The position numbers were made by a program, and so were the translations under genes. A DNA stretch of 64,000 nucleotides, from NCBI GenBank assembly GCA_964429995.1, contig CAYSDY010000001.1, forward strand, positions 157,777-221,776, in the 5' to 3' direction. Of the stretch, positions 38,517-47,642 are shown in pieces. The notes under the pieces are model-generated. The model ran no database searches. It saw only the letters and a program-made list of their open reading frames with translations, and had not been told where the DNA came from. The stretch's first letter is position 1. Every line of letters begins with the position of its first letter. The DNA is from an uncultured Methanosarcinales archaeon. Its GTDB lineage: Archaea > Nanobdellota > Nanobdellia > Woesearchaeales > UBA583.

Positions 38517-39467
38517 TTATAAAATTTTATTTATTTTTTTTAATGTATTTTCTAAATCTTGTGTCAATCTTGCACAAAATGAATTTTTTTTTCCATTATA
38601 TGAAAATTCTATATGTTCTGCATGAAGGAATTGCCTATTTAATAAATCAGCGAACATGGTATTTACTACACTATTCCCATACATTGAATCCATTACAACT
38701 GGATGCCCTAAAAATTTCATGTGGCATCTAATTTGATGTGTTATGCCTGTTTTTATGTTCACCTTTACCAAAGAAAATTGTTCGTTTTTATATTCATATT
38801 CTCCAATTACATCGTATTCTGATATTGAAAGTTTACTATCCTTTTCTGATTTTGAACATATCCGCATTTTTTCTCTGCTACCTTGAGGATTTTTTAACAT
38901 GTACTGTTCAATTCTACCTTTTTTATTCTCAAAAATTCCACAACAAAGACATATGTATTGTTTTATTATGTCTTTATCTCTAAATATTCTGTTTAGCTCT
39001 CGTAATGCATTTATGTTTTTTGCTATTACTATGCAACCTGATGTATCCTTATCAAGTCTGTGAGCATGAAAATATTCGAAATCGGTGTTGTCTTTTATAT
39101 GTTGTTTATACCATGCAAGATGAAGAGATATAGAAATATTTTCTTCTTGACTTCCCTGAACAACAATTCCTGATGTTTTGTTAAATACTGCAAAATCCTG
39201 ATTATCAAATATACATTCTAAACCTAGATTCTGTGCATTTTTTTGATACTTTACTTTCTCGTTTATTTGAATATCATCAAGCCATATCTTTATTATATCA
39301 CCAGATCTTAATACATCATCCTGTTTTATTTTTTTTTTGTTTAATGTTATCCTTTTTTCCTTAATTAGAGTTATTATTTTATAAAAAGGGACATCAAGTT
39401 TTTTTTTTAGAAAATTTTTAGGCTTTAATCCATCATCTTCACTACTTATGATTATTTCTTTAGGCAT
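38517..39467 (-). CDS. RluA/RluC/RluD-family pseudouridine synthase with S4-like N-domain
   Basis: FNKTSG, HRLDKDTSG, TGITHQIRCH, GHPV, QFLHA. Confidence 0.92.
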   Translation of the reverse strand: MPKEIIISSEDDGLKPKNFLKKKLDVPFYKIITLIKEKRITLNKKKIKQDDVLRSGDIIKIWLDDIQINEKVKYQKNAQNLGLECIFDNQDFAVFNKTSGIVVQGSQEENISISLHLAWYKQHIKDNTDFEYFHAHRLDKDTSGCIVIAKNINALRELNRIFRDKDIIKQYICLCCGIFENKKGRIEQYMLKNPQGSREKMRICSKSEKDSKLSISEYDVIGEYEYKNEQFSLVKVNIKTGITHQIRCHMKFLGHPVVMDSMYGNSVVNTMFADLLNRQFLHAEHIEFSYNGKKNSFCARLTQDLENTLKKINKIL

Positions 39468-39514
39468 TTGTAAATATTTAGAAACTGTGATGATTTAAAA
39501 CTGTTTTGTATATT

Positions 39515-39551
39515 GAGAATTTTAAAAAAAACTTGTTTTTCGTAAGTTATC
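39515..39551. mobile_element. MITE-like element copy 4 (37-bp minimal remnant)
   Basis: TATT-GAGAATTTTAAAAAAAAC-TTGTTTTTCGTAAGTTATC-TATT. Confidence 0.5.
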
Positions 39552-39553
39552 TA

Positions 39554-40354
39554 TTATTTAATAGAAATAATTTCATCATTAATCATCTGATTAAAAAATC
39601 TAATTGTTTCTTCTGATTCTTTTTTTAAAAGATCGAATTGTTCTCCTGTAATTTTTTTATGTTTATGCTCTATTTCTTTTGCAAGTTCATACATGTCTTT
39701 TATTCTTTTAATATGTATTTTTATTTTTTTATCACTGAATTTTTCATTCATAAGATCTGGAATTTGTTTTGGTGATACTACTTCTATATTTTTTAACATT
39801 AAAATTGCATAAGATATATCTATCAAAGAATAATAAAGATCTAAGACTGCAAGTTCTATATGTGAGTCAATTTTTTCAATTACTTTAAGAGCCCTATAAG
39901 AATAATTAAGAATACTTTCTCTTGTTGATTTAATTTTTCCCATTTCAAGCAAATACTGCATTGGCTCAATTATTCCTCTGTCAAATATTGGGTAACCTGT
40001 TCTTAATATGTTTATTATTAACGGGTCTCCATTTCTGCTCATATCCCAAAATTCGCTCATGTTCACATTTAAAACATGTATTTTGGAAGAACTGTTATTT
40101 ATTATGTTCTTTAAAACAAGATGGTATGCTTCTCTTATGTCATCTGCTACAAAAACAGAAATATTATCCAAAACAACCATTATATCTATGTCAGAATTTT
40201 TGCTTACGCTGTCATCATTATTACTGTTTGAACCAAAAATAACAACCGCTTTTATAAATTCTTTCATCTCAAGAATAACTTTTTTTGAGAACTCTCTTGC
40301 TATCTGTAAATTCTTTACATGAAAATTCTCACTATTATTTTTTGCTATAACCAT
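39554..40354 (-). CDS. Minimal nucleotidyltransferase + HEPN-like helical domain fusion
   Basis: VIFGS...SDIDIMVVLD NTase motif followed by a helical bundle. Confidence 0.78.
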   Translation of the reverse strand: MVIAKNNSENFHVKNLQIAREFSKKVILEMKEFIKAVVIFGSNSNNDDSVSKNSDIDIMVVLDNISVFVADDIREAYHLVLKNIINNSSSKIHVLNVNMSEFWDMSRNGDPLIINILRTGYPIFDRGIIEPMQYLLEMGKIKSTRESILNYSYRALKVIEKIDSHIELAVLDLYYSLIDISYAILMLKNIEVVSPKQIPDLMNEKFSDKKIKIHIKRIKDMYELAKEIEHKHKKITGEQFDLLKKESEETIRFFNQMINDEIISIK

Positions 40355-40358
40355 TTTC

Positions 40359-40943
40359 TTATTTTTTTACGAATTGTAATTCAAGAGATGAAAGTTCTTC
40401 TATTGTCATTATAAGTTTTCTACTTATCTCTTTTATGCTTTGTATTTCTAAGTCTTTTTGCAGAAGTTGTTTTTGAAGAATTCTTATTTCAGATTCTATG
40501 TTCTTGTTTTGAAGTTTTAATTCTTTTATCTCCGTGTTGTTTTTATCTTTTAAATCTTTTAAATCTGCCTTGGTTTTTTCCTTTGCTGTTTTCAATTCAA
40601 GTTTGTTTTTTTTTATTTGATCAAGAGATTTATCAATATTAACATTTATTCTGGATGTTTTATCTATTTCATCTTTTAAAGCCTTTATCTCTGATTTTAT
40701 TTCTCTTATCTCTGATTTTGTATATGATTCTAATTTTTCAAAATCACCATCTTTCTGCAAACTCTGAACGTTATGCAAAAGTTTTATAGAAATTTCCTCT
40801 ACTTTATGTGATAGAATAGAATATTTTTCAAGAAATCTGTGTTCATTATCATTTATTTTTTCATACAAATCATTCATCTCTGTTTTTACTCTACCAAAGG
40901 CATCACGTATCTTTTGAAACTCATATTTTAAATCCATAATCAT
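40359..40943 (-). CDS. Coiled-coil hypothetical protein
   Basis: K/E/L-rich heptads; 194 aa. Confidence 0.72.
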   Translation of the reverse strand: MIMDLKYEFQKIRDAFGRVKTEMNDLYEKINDNEHRFLEKYSILSHKVEEISIKLLHNVQSLQKDGDFEKLESYTKSEIREIKSEIKALKDEIDKTSRINVNIDKSLDQIKKNKLELKTAKEKTKADLKDLKDKNNTEIKELKLQNKNIESEIRILQKQLLQKDLEIQSIKEISRKLIMTIEELSSLELQFVKK

Positions 40944-41009
40944 TATTATTCAAATTCTTTTTTATAATTATTTTTTTTATTATTTAGTAGTTAAATAAAA
41001 ATATTTTTA

Positions 41010-42818
41010 TTATTCTCTTAATTTTACATGAATTTCTCTTAATTGTTTTTCATCTACTGGTGATGGAGAATGTGTTAGTGGACAATATCCAACTTTATTT
41101 TTTGGAAATGCTATGACTTCTCTTATCGATTTTTTATCCTCTAAAAGCATTATTATTCTGTCAAGACCAAAAGCTAATCCTCTATGGAATGGAGCACCAT
41201 AATTATAAGCTTTTATGAACCATCCAAATTGTAAATCTATGTCTTCTTGTTTAAGCTTTAATATTGTAAATATTTTTTCCTGCAATTTGGGAATGTTAAT
41301 CCTTTGAGCTCCAGAACATATTTCAATGCCATTTAATGCTATATCATAACAATCTCCTTTTAATGATAATAACTCCTCTTTAAATTTTATCACATCGTTA
41401 TCAGTATTAATGTTTTTCATTATGAATTCAACTGCTTCTTTATTTGGCATTGTAAATGGTGAATGTTCTGCATCAAGCCTGTTTTCTTCTTCATTGAACT
41501 GGAATAATGGAAAATCGCATATCCATGTAAAACATAATTTATCTTTATCAATTAAGCCGTATTTATCTGCCAAAAATCTTCTTAGTCCATCTAATATATC
41601 ATTTGTATGTTTTGGTGTATCTGCTATAAAGAATAAAAGATCTCCACTTTGTGCAGATAACCTCTCTTTTATTGTTTCTAGTTCTTTTGTTGTAAAAAAT
41701 TTTGAAATTGAACTTTCAATTGTGTTATCTTGTAAAACTTTCATCCATGCAAGTCCTTTTGATCCTAACTCTTTTGAATAATCAATAAGTCTGTCTATCT
41801 CATTTCTTGACATTAATGATTGTCCATTGTTTAAATTAAAACCTTTAATAAGACCTCCCTGTTTTGCAACATTTTTAAATACTGAAAATTCGCAATCATT
41901 AGCAATATCTGTAAAATTAACAAGCTCCATGCCTTTAATTCTTAAATCTGGCTTATCAGATCCATATTTATTTAGTGCTTCTAAATATGTCATTGCTGTA
42001 AAATCATTATGATCTATTGTTTGATTATATACCTTTAATCCATCTATAAGAACATCTTGTGCTAATCTTTTAAATTCATCAAATTCTAAAAAAGAAACTT
42101 CCATATCTATTTGTGTAAATTCTAATTGCCTATCTTTTCTTGAATCTTCATCCCTAAAGCACTTAACTATTTGGTAATATTTTTCAAAACCTGCAACCAT
42201 TAATAGCTGTTTAAAAAGTTGTGGAGATTGAGGCAAGGCATAAAAACTACCTTTGTGTTTTCTTGAAGGAACTAACAAATCTCTTGCACCTTCTGGAGTT
42301 GATTTTGTAAGAATTGGTGTATCCATTTCAATAAAATCCTTATTATTTAAACAATTTCTTACTGCTGTTATGAACTTGTGTCTTCTCATAAAGGTTTGTT
42401 GCATTTGTGGCCTTCTTAAATCCAAATATCTGTATTCTAATCTAAGATCCTCACTAACATCTTTAAAGTGATCTTCGTCAAGATCAAAAGGCAAAACATC
42501 TGATTCGTTTATAACCGAAAAATCATCAACTAATACCTCAACTTCTCCTGTTGTATGTTTTTCGTTTGTGCTTCCTTCTGGTCTTTGTTCAACTCTACCT
42601 TTTATGTGTATTAAAAATTCTCTTCTCATCGAATCAACTAAACTGAAATCTTTAGTTGTCTGCGGATCAAAAACTATCTGAGTTATACCATATCTATCTC
42701 TTAAATCTATAAACTTCTTTCCACCATGGTCTCTTAATCTTTGAGCCCAGCCTATCAATTCTACATTGCTATTTACATCATTAATTCTTAATTCTCCGCA
42801 ATTATGTGTTCTTATCAT
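41010..42818 (-). CDS. aspS: Aspartate--tRNA ligase, bacterial type with GAD insert
   Basis: RTHNCGEL, RDHGG, YRYLDLRR, ALPQSPQLFKQ, FRDED, YGSDKPDLR, GLDR; 602 aa. Confidence 0.97.
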   Translation of the reverse strand: MIRTHNCGELRINDVNSNVELIGWAQRLRDHGGKKFIDLRDRYGITQIVFDPQTTKDFSLVDSMRREFLIHIKGRVEQRPEGSTNEKHTTGEVEVLVDDFSVINESDVLPFDLDEDHFKDVSEDLRLEYRYLDLRRPQMQQTFMRRHKFITAVRNCLNNKDFIEMDTPILTKSTPEGARDLLVPSRKHKGSFYALPQSPQLFKQLLMVAGFEKYYQIVKCFRDEDSRKDRQLEFTQIDMEVSFLEFDEFKRLAQDVLIDGLKVYNQTIDHNDFTAMTYLEALNKYGSDKPDLRIKGMELVNFTDIANDCEFSVFKNVAKQGGLIKGFNLNNGQSLMSRNEIDRLIDYSKELGSKGLAWMKVLQDNTIESSISKFFTTKELETIKERLSAQSGDLLFFIADTPKHTNDILDGLRRFLADKYGLIDKDKLCFTWICDFPLFQFNEEENRLDAEHSPFTMPNKEAVEFIMKNINTDNDVIKFKEELLSLKGDCYDIALNGIEICSGAQRINIPKLQEKIFTILKLKQEDIDLQFGWFIKAYNYGAPFHRGLAFGLDRIIMLLEDKKSIREVIAFPKNKVGYCPLTHSPSPVDEKQLREIHVKLRE

Positions 42819-42985
42819 AAAGACTATAAAGGTTATTTTATTTATAATATTTTGCTGTGATGCGTTTTGTTAAAGATTTTTTATAACAAATCTTTATTTT
42901 AAATTAAACATAAACCCTAAAATTTTATACTTAAAAGCAGTAGAAAAACTTGGCATTAAATCAATAAAGGAATAAGTTTAAAAAT

Positions 42986-43933
42986 ATGAAAATAAAGAAC
43001 ATTTGTATGAAAAAGAACAAAATGTATCAAAAAATAATAAATTCTGATTTTTTTAAAATGAATGGTGATATTATTAATGATTATTATTTTTTAAAAATAT
43101 TATCTTTTTCTGAAAATATAGATCATTTTATAGAAAAAATAAATTTATTTAAAAAAAAATTTTTAAAAATGCAAAATGGATATGTAGACAATAGAGAAAC
43201 TGTTTCTTTTTGTGATTTTTATATGATGATTTCATCGGTTTTTATAAAAAATCACATTTTTAGCAAATCACAAAAAAAATTCTTTGTAAATGAGATGAAT
43301 GAAATGATAAAATATTTTAAAAAAAACTTTAATAATGATTTTCTTTTAATCTCAAATATAGGAATTTGTGAAAGGTTTAACCTTAAGGAAAATCTTACAG
43401 CACTTAAAATTGCAAATAATATGATTTCTTTTGCAAATATAATAAATTCTTCAAAAGATTACGATTTTTTTTCTCAACTTAAGAGTAAAATTGAATTGGG
43501 AATTGAAAGATATTTTCATCAAAATAATTTATTTGTTTATGAGTTCGATTCTTTAGGAAGGTTTATGATACTTGATTCTATCGATATATTTTACCTTTTT
43601 ATTGATACTGCTGAATACGATTATGATGATTTTAAAAATATAAATGTTAATGAAAATAATGTATCTGATTTATTTAATCATCTGCTTTTGTTAAAATATA
43701 AAAAAAAAGATAAATTTCTAAAAGAATACAAAAAATTATCCTATCTGTTTGAAATTATTCCTGAATTTGTATTTAAAGATGAAAAATCTTTTAATCTATT
43801 TAATAACATTAAAAAATCACTAAAAGTTGATATGAAAAATGTTAAAACTTCTTTTAATAAAAATGATTTCATTATAAATGAAAAATCACTAAAAATTGCA
43901 TATTTTATGATATTGATAACAAAAGATGAATGA
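42986..43933 (+). CDS. Hypothetical protein
   Basis: 315-aa very AT-rich ORF overlapping the nth start. Confidence 0.65.
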   Translation: MKIKNICMKKNKMYQKIINSDFFKMNGDIINDYYFLKILSFSENIDHFIEKINLFKKKFLKMQNGYVDNRETVSFCDFYMMISSVFIKNHIFSKSQKKFFVNEMNEMIKYFKKNFNNDFLLISNIGICERFNLKENLTALKIANNMISFANIINSSKDYDFFSQLKSKIELGIERYFHQNNLFVYEFDSLGRFMILDSIDIFYLFIDTAEYDYDDFKNINVNENNVSDLFNHLLLLKYKKKDKFLKEYKKLSYLFEIIPEFVFKDEKSFNLFNNIKKSLKVDMKNVKTSFNKNDFIINEKSLKIAYFMILITKDE

Positions 43934-44576
43934 TGCTAATAAACTTAAAAATATTTTGGATATTTTATCTAAATCAAGCATTATTGAATCTGCACCTGTT
44001 TTTCAAATGATTAGTATGCAAAACAAAGAACCTTTTAAAATACTTATTTCTGCAATTATATCTGCAAGAAGTAGAGATAATGTGACAATAAAAGTATCAA
44101 TTGATCTGTTTAAAGTCTTAAAGTTACCTTGTGATGTTTACTCTGTTTCTCAAGAAACTATTGAGAACATTATAAAACCTTGTGGTTTTTTTAGACAAAA
44201 AGCAAAAACAATAGCAAGAGTATGCAAACTTATTTGTGATGATTTTAACGGAATTATTCCTAATGATTATGACACTCTTATTAACACAAAAGGACTGGGA
44301 AGAAAGATAGTCAATATGCTTTTTAGTAATGCATTTGATAAAAATATTGTATGTGTTGACACACATGTCCACAGAATAAGCAATAGACTTGGAATAATTA
44401 ACACTAAAAATGTCTTTTCCACTGAAAAATCACTTGAAAAAATCCTTTATGATGACAATGATTTTAAACGTATAAATCATCTGTTTGTTGCATTAGGACA
44501 AACAGTATGTAAACCAATAAAACCAAATTGTAATTTATGTCCTATAAATCAAATATGTAAAAAAATATTAATCTGA
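43926..44576 (+). CDS. nth: Endonuclease III
   Basis: PFKILISAIISARSRD, HhH GLGRK, VDTHV, C-terminal 4Fe-4S C..C..C..C. Confidence 0.93.
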   Translation: MNDANKLKNILDILSKSSIIESAPVFQMISMQNKEPFKILISAIISARSRDNVTIKVSIDLFKVLKLPCDVYSVSQETIENIIKPCGFFRQKAKTIARVCKLICDDFNGIIPNDYDTLINTKGLGRKIVNMLFSNAFDKNIVCVDTHVHRISNRLGIINTKNVFSTEKSLEKILYDDNDFKRINHLFVALGQTVCKPIKPNCNLCPINQICKKILI

Positions 44577-45104
44577 AACAAAGTCCATAGCAACATAGTC
44601 TGAATATGATTCGAACTGTAATGTTTTAACGCCTTGTGCATAATTGTATGTTGCATTATAGTAAGAAATATTGTTTATTAAATCATGATGACATGATTCC
44701 TGCTTGCTACAATTGAATCTTATGTATGGTTCTTTTGTTGTCAATATCATATCCTGGATATCACCACCTGCCATATAACTTATGTTTAAATAGTCAAAAC
44801 TAACATTGACTCCATTTACTTCATTTTTTTTATGGTGTATGCTCATATTTACTACATTATCCGGAAAATTAAATTTTACACTTAATCTGTTATTGTTGCC
44901 AAGAAAATATACTTTCTCTATGTGTTCTATCATTGATGTGCCTATGTTTTGAAGATGTTCTGAATTTAGCTTTGAACGTCCTTCGTTAAAATATGAAAAA
45001 AAAATTCCTCCCAAAATCATAACAATAAAAAAACCTATACCAAATATCATAAGAAATTCTAAAGATGCCTGTGATTTTTCCAATGAAGATTTTAAAAAGG
45101 ACAT
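44568..45104 (-). CDS. Class III signal peptide (pilin-like) protein
   Basis: KSQ/ASLEFL followed by a hydrophobic helix. Confidence 0.8.
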   Translation of the reverse strand: MSFLKSSLEKSQASLEFLMIFGIGFFIVMILGGIFFSYFNEGRSKLNSEHLQNIGTSMIEHIEKVYFLGNNNRLSVKFNFPDNVVNMSIHHKKNEVNGVNVSFDYLNISYMAGGDIQDMILTTKEPYIRFNCSKQESCHHDLINNISYYNATYNYAQGVKTLQFESYSDYVAMDFVSD

Positions 45105-45123
45105 TTTTTTTAAAAAATTAGAA

Positions 45124-45651
45124 TTATTCTGTTATTGTGAGCCTTAATGGACCTGTGGTTGGAGTTGCAAGGCTTGTTTTAATATTTGTAACATTTATTG
45201 TAAATTGCCCCTCTAAAACATCTCCAAATAATAAATCATCAACTCCACATGTCATTCTAAGTATTCCTGTCTGCCCATTAAGAAAAGTAACTGGTGTTCC
45301 AGAAGCTCCTTCACTTTCTGTTTCAACATTTCTAATAGTATTACCTATGCAATCTTCTGTCGAATCGGTTCTTTTTATAACTGAATGATTTGCATCCATT
45401 GTAACTCTATTAGCACCTGTATAAGTAAAAACTATTACAACATTACCTGGACCTGGACCTGCAAGTGCAAAAGAGTCTGTTGCAGAACCACGTACATTAT
45501 TGTTTAGATCTATTTTATTTGGAAGCAATGAGCCAAAATCAACAAAACTAAAGATAAGTGCACCTACGATTAAAACCACCAGAAGCATCCAACCATAGGT
45601 CATAAGAAATTCTATAGCTGCTTGTCCTTTTATTTTTTTATTAAAAACCAT
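45124..45651 (-). CDS. Class III signal peptide pilin
   Basis: KGQ/AAIEFLMTYGW followed by a hydrophobic helix. Confidence 0.85.
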   Translation of the reverse strand: MVFNKKIKGQAAIEFLMTYGWMLLVVLIVGALIFSFVDFGSLLPNKIDLNNNVRGSATDSFALAGPGPGNVVIVFTYTGANRVTMDANHSVIKRTDSTEDCIGNTIRNVETESEGASGTPVTFLNGQTGILRMTCGVDDLLFGDVLEGQFTINVTNIKTSLATPTTGPLRLTITE

Positions 45652-45767
45652 ATAATTTTATTATATCTATAAATATTAAATATTTTCTTTATCTCTAATA
45701 GGTTACAATTTATAAAAATCTTTTAAATATCAGCATAAAAAATAATAGAATAAATTATTTTACTTTG

Positions 45768-46820
45768 TTATAATATTGATGAGAAAAAGTTTAGAAGCAG
45801 ATTTGAAACAAACCTAAAAAAAACAAGACTTATTACTATATAAATTGGAAGATACTTTATAGAATCATGTAGTTTTTCATTTTTTAATTCTGCTGTTATA
45901 AGACTTGAAAAAAATGTTATTAACATTATCATTGAATATGAAAACAGTATAAGATAGTCTGTATATTCTGCAGGAATTTCTGAAACTGTAAATGATAAAT
46001 TTTCCTGACTTTTACTTAACAATTTAAATAGATTTCCAAGGAAGGTTAAAAGTGTTAAGGCTAATGCAAAAAGTAAAGGAGAAACAAAAATAGTTATAGA
46101 GTATATAACTGTTACGAATCCTCCAGAATTAGCTTTTAATTCGTTATTAAGATTGTATATGTTTTTTAAATTTTCTGAAATACGCTCTAATGGTTTTATT
46201 ATGTTTCCACCATTTTTAAGACCTTCTTCTATAAGAAAAAATGTCCTCTCTATTATTGCTGAATCAAACCTTTCTCTAAAACCTTCTAGTGCCTGACAAA
46301 CTGTATCACCCATTAATATCTTTTGGTTTACAAGAGTTACTTCACGCAAAAGGGCTTTTTGTTCTTTGCTTACAGATTTTAAAAGAGCTTTTTCTATTGA
46401 AATACCTCCTTTCATATTTGATATAAGATTGTCAAGATAGTCTGGTAAATCTTTTTCTATATCCTCTTCATCTTTTTTAAAAATTGCTTCATATCTAAAA
46501 AATGCTAAAAATAATATGAAATAATATGAGAAAAATAATATTATCATATAAGTTGTTAAAACTATTATAAAGCTTGATAGAAAATTGTAGAAAAAATTGT
46601 TAAAATATGAATATATGTATTGAAAAACGTATGTATAAATAATTATGCTAGAAAATATGGATATTGCAAAAAGGTTTGTTATAAAGTTGTAATTGATATT
46701 ATCAAAATAAAGTTTTTCATATATCTTTTCAAGTTCATGCCTATAATTAAATGTTAATAATTTTTCAGGAATAAGGTACCTTCCCAAACTTTCTTTATTA
46801 ATTTTTCTTATGTTTACCAT
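45768..46820 (-). CDS. Type II secretion system F-domain (TadC-like) membrane platform protein
   Basis: IEKDLPDYL...GISIEKAL...GGNI pattern with TM helices. Confidence 0.85.
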   Translation of the reverse strand: MVNIRKINKESLGRYLIPEKLLTFNYRHELEKIYEKLYFDNINYNFITNLFAISIFSSIIIYTYVFQYIYSYFNNFFYNFLSSFIIVLTTYMIILFFSYYFILFLAFFRYEAIFKKDEEDIEKDLPDYLDNLISNMKGGISIEKALLKSVSKEQKALLREVTLVNQKILMGDTVCQALEGFRERFDSAIIERTFFLIEEGLKNGGNIIKPLERISENLKNIYNLNNELKANSGGFVTVIYSITIFVSPLLFALALTLLTFLGNLFKLLSKSQENLSFTVSEIPAEYTDYLILFSYSMIMLITFFSSLITAELKNEKLHDSIKYLPIYIVISLVFFRFVSNLLLNFFSSIL

Positions 46821-46822
46821 TT

Positions 46823-47641
46823 TTATAATATAGACCTGTTAAATTTGAATATACTGTATGCAAAATACTGGAATGCAAACATGCCAAGAAATATGAAAAC
46901 AAGTACTATTCTTAACATACTTGGTGTCATTTCTAGTAGGGATGCTGCAAGAATGAAGAAAGTTACACCTAACGATGGAAGAACTATACCTAAAAGAAGA
47001 TACATCATTATTATTGGATTTAATTTTTTAGAGAAAGATTTTATTGCTAATAATTTCTGATCTGATGATTCTTTAATAAAATTAACAAGAACCCCCTCTA
47101 AATCAACACCTACTTCTGTGCTGTCTTTGATCTTTTTGATAAGTTGCTTAACTGATTTTGATGGGGCAAAATCTACACCTTCTGCCAATGATTCTTTAAA
47201 ACTTTTTCCTGTTTTGAATTCTGTGTATATACGCTTAAAAAAATGAGCACCAGGTCTGTTTATTTTACTTAAATTTTCTATCGCATTGCCTATTGGGAGC
47301 CCTGATTCTAAACTAACCAAAAGATATTCTAAAATAAAGAGTAAATCATTCTCTATCTCTCGTCCCAGTTTGTTTATCTGGACTAAAATAACATTGTACC
47401 AAAATTTGTATATAAGAGGAGTTGATAAAATAAGAACTGAAAACATAATTATAAATTTGTTTAAATCTTTTTTTGATATAAGAAAAAGTATAACTGCAAT
47501 TCCTATAAAAGAAAATATGGTCATAGATAAAGTCTGATATACATATTGAAAAGAAGATAATTTTGAGTCTGCTCTTTTTAACTTGTATTTTAATGAAACA
47601 TCCTGTTTTACTAATTTTCTTATAAAATTTTCAAGAGTCAT
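46823..47641 (-). CDS. Type II secretion system F-domain (TadB-like) protein
   Basis: LVSLESGLPIGNAI, KKLNPIIMMY...IVLPSLG. Confidence 0.85.
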   Translation of the reverse strand: MTLENFIRKLVKQDVSLKYKLKRADSKLSSFQYVYQTLSMTIFSFIGIAVILFLISKKDLNKFIIMFSVLILSTPLIYKFWYNVILVQINKLGREIENDLLFILEYLLVSLESGLPIGNAIENLSKINRPGAHFFKRIYTEFKTGKSFKESLAEGVDFAPSKSVKQLIKKIKDSTEVGVDLEGVLVNFIKESSDQKLLAIKSFSKKLNPIIMMYLLLGIVLPSLGVTFFILAASLLEMTPSMLRIVLVFIFLGMFAFQYFAYSIFKFNRSIL

Positions 47642-47642
47642 T

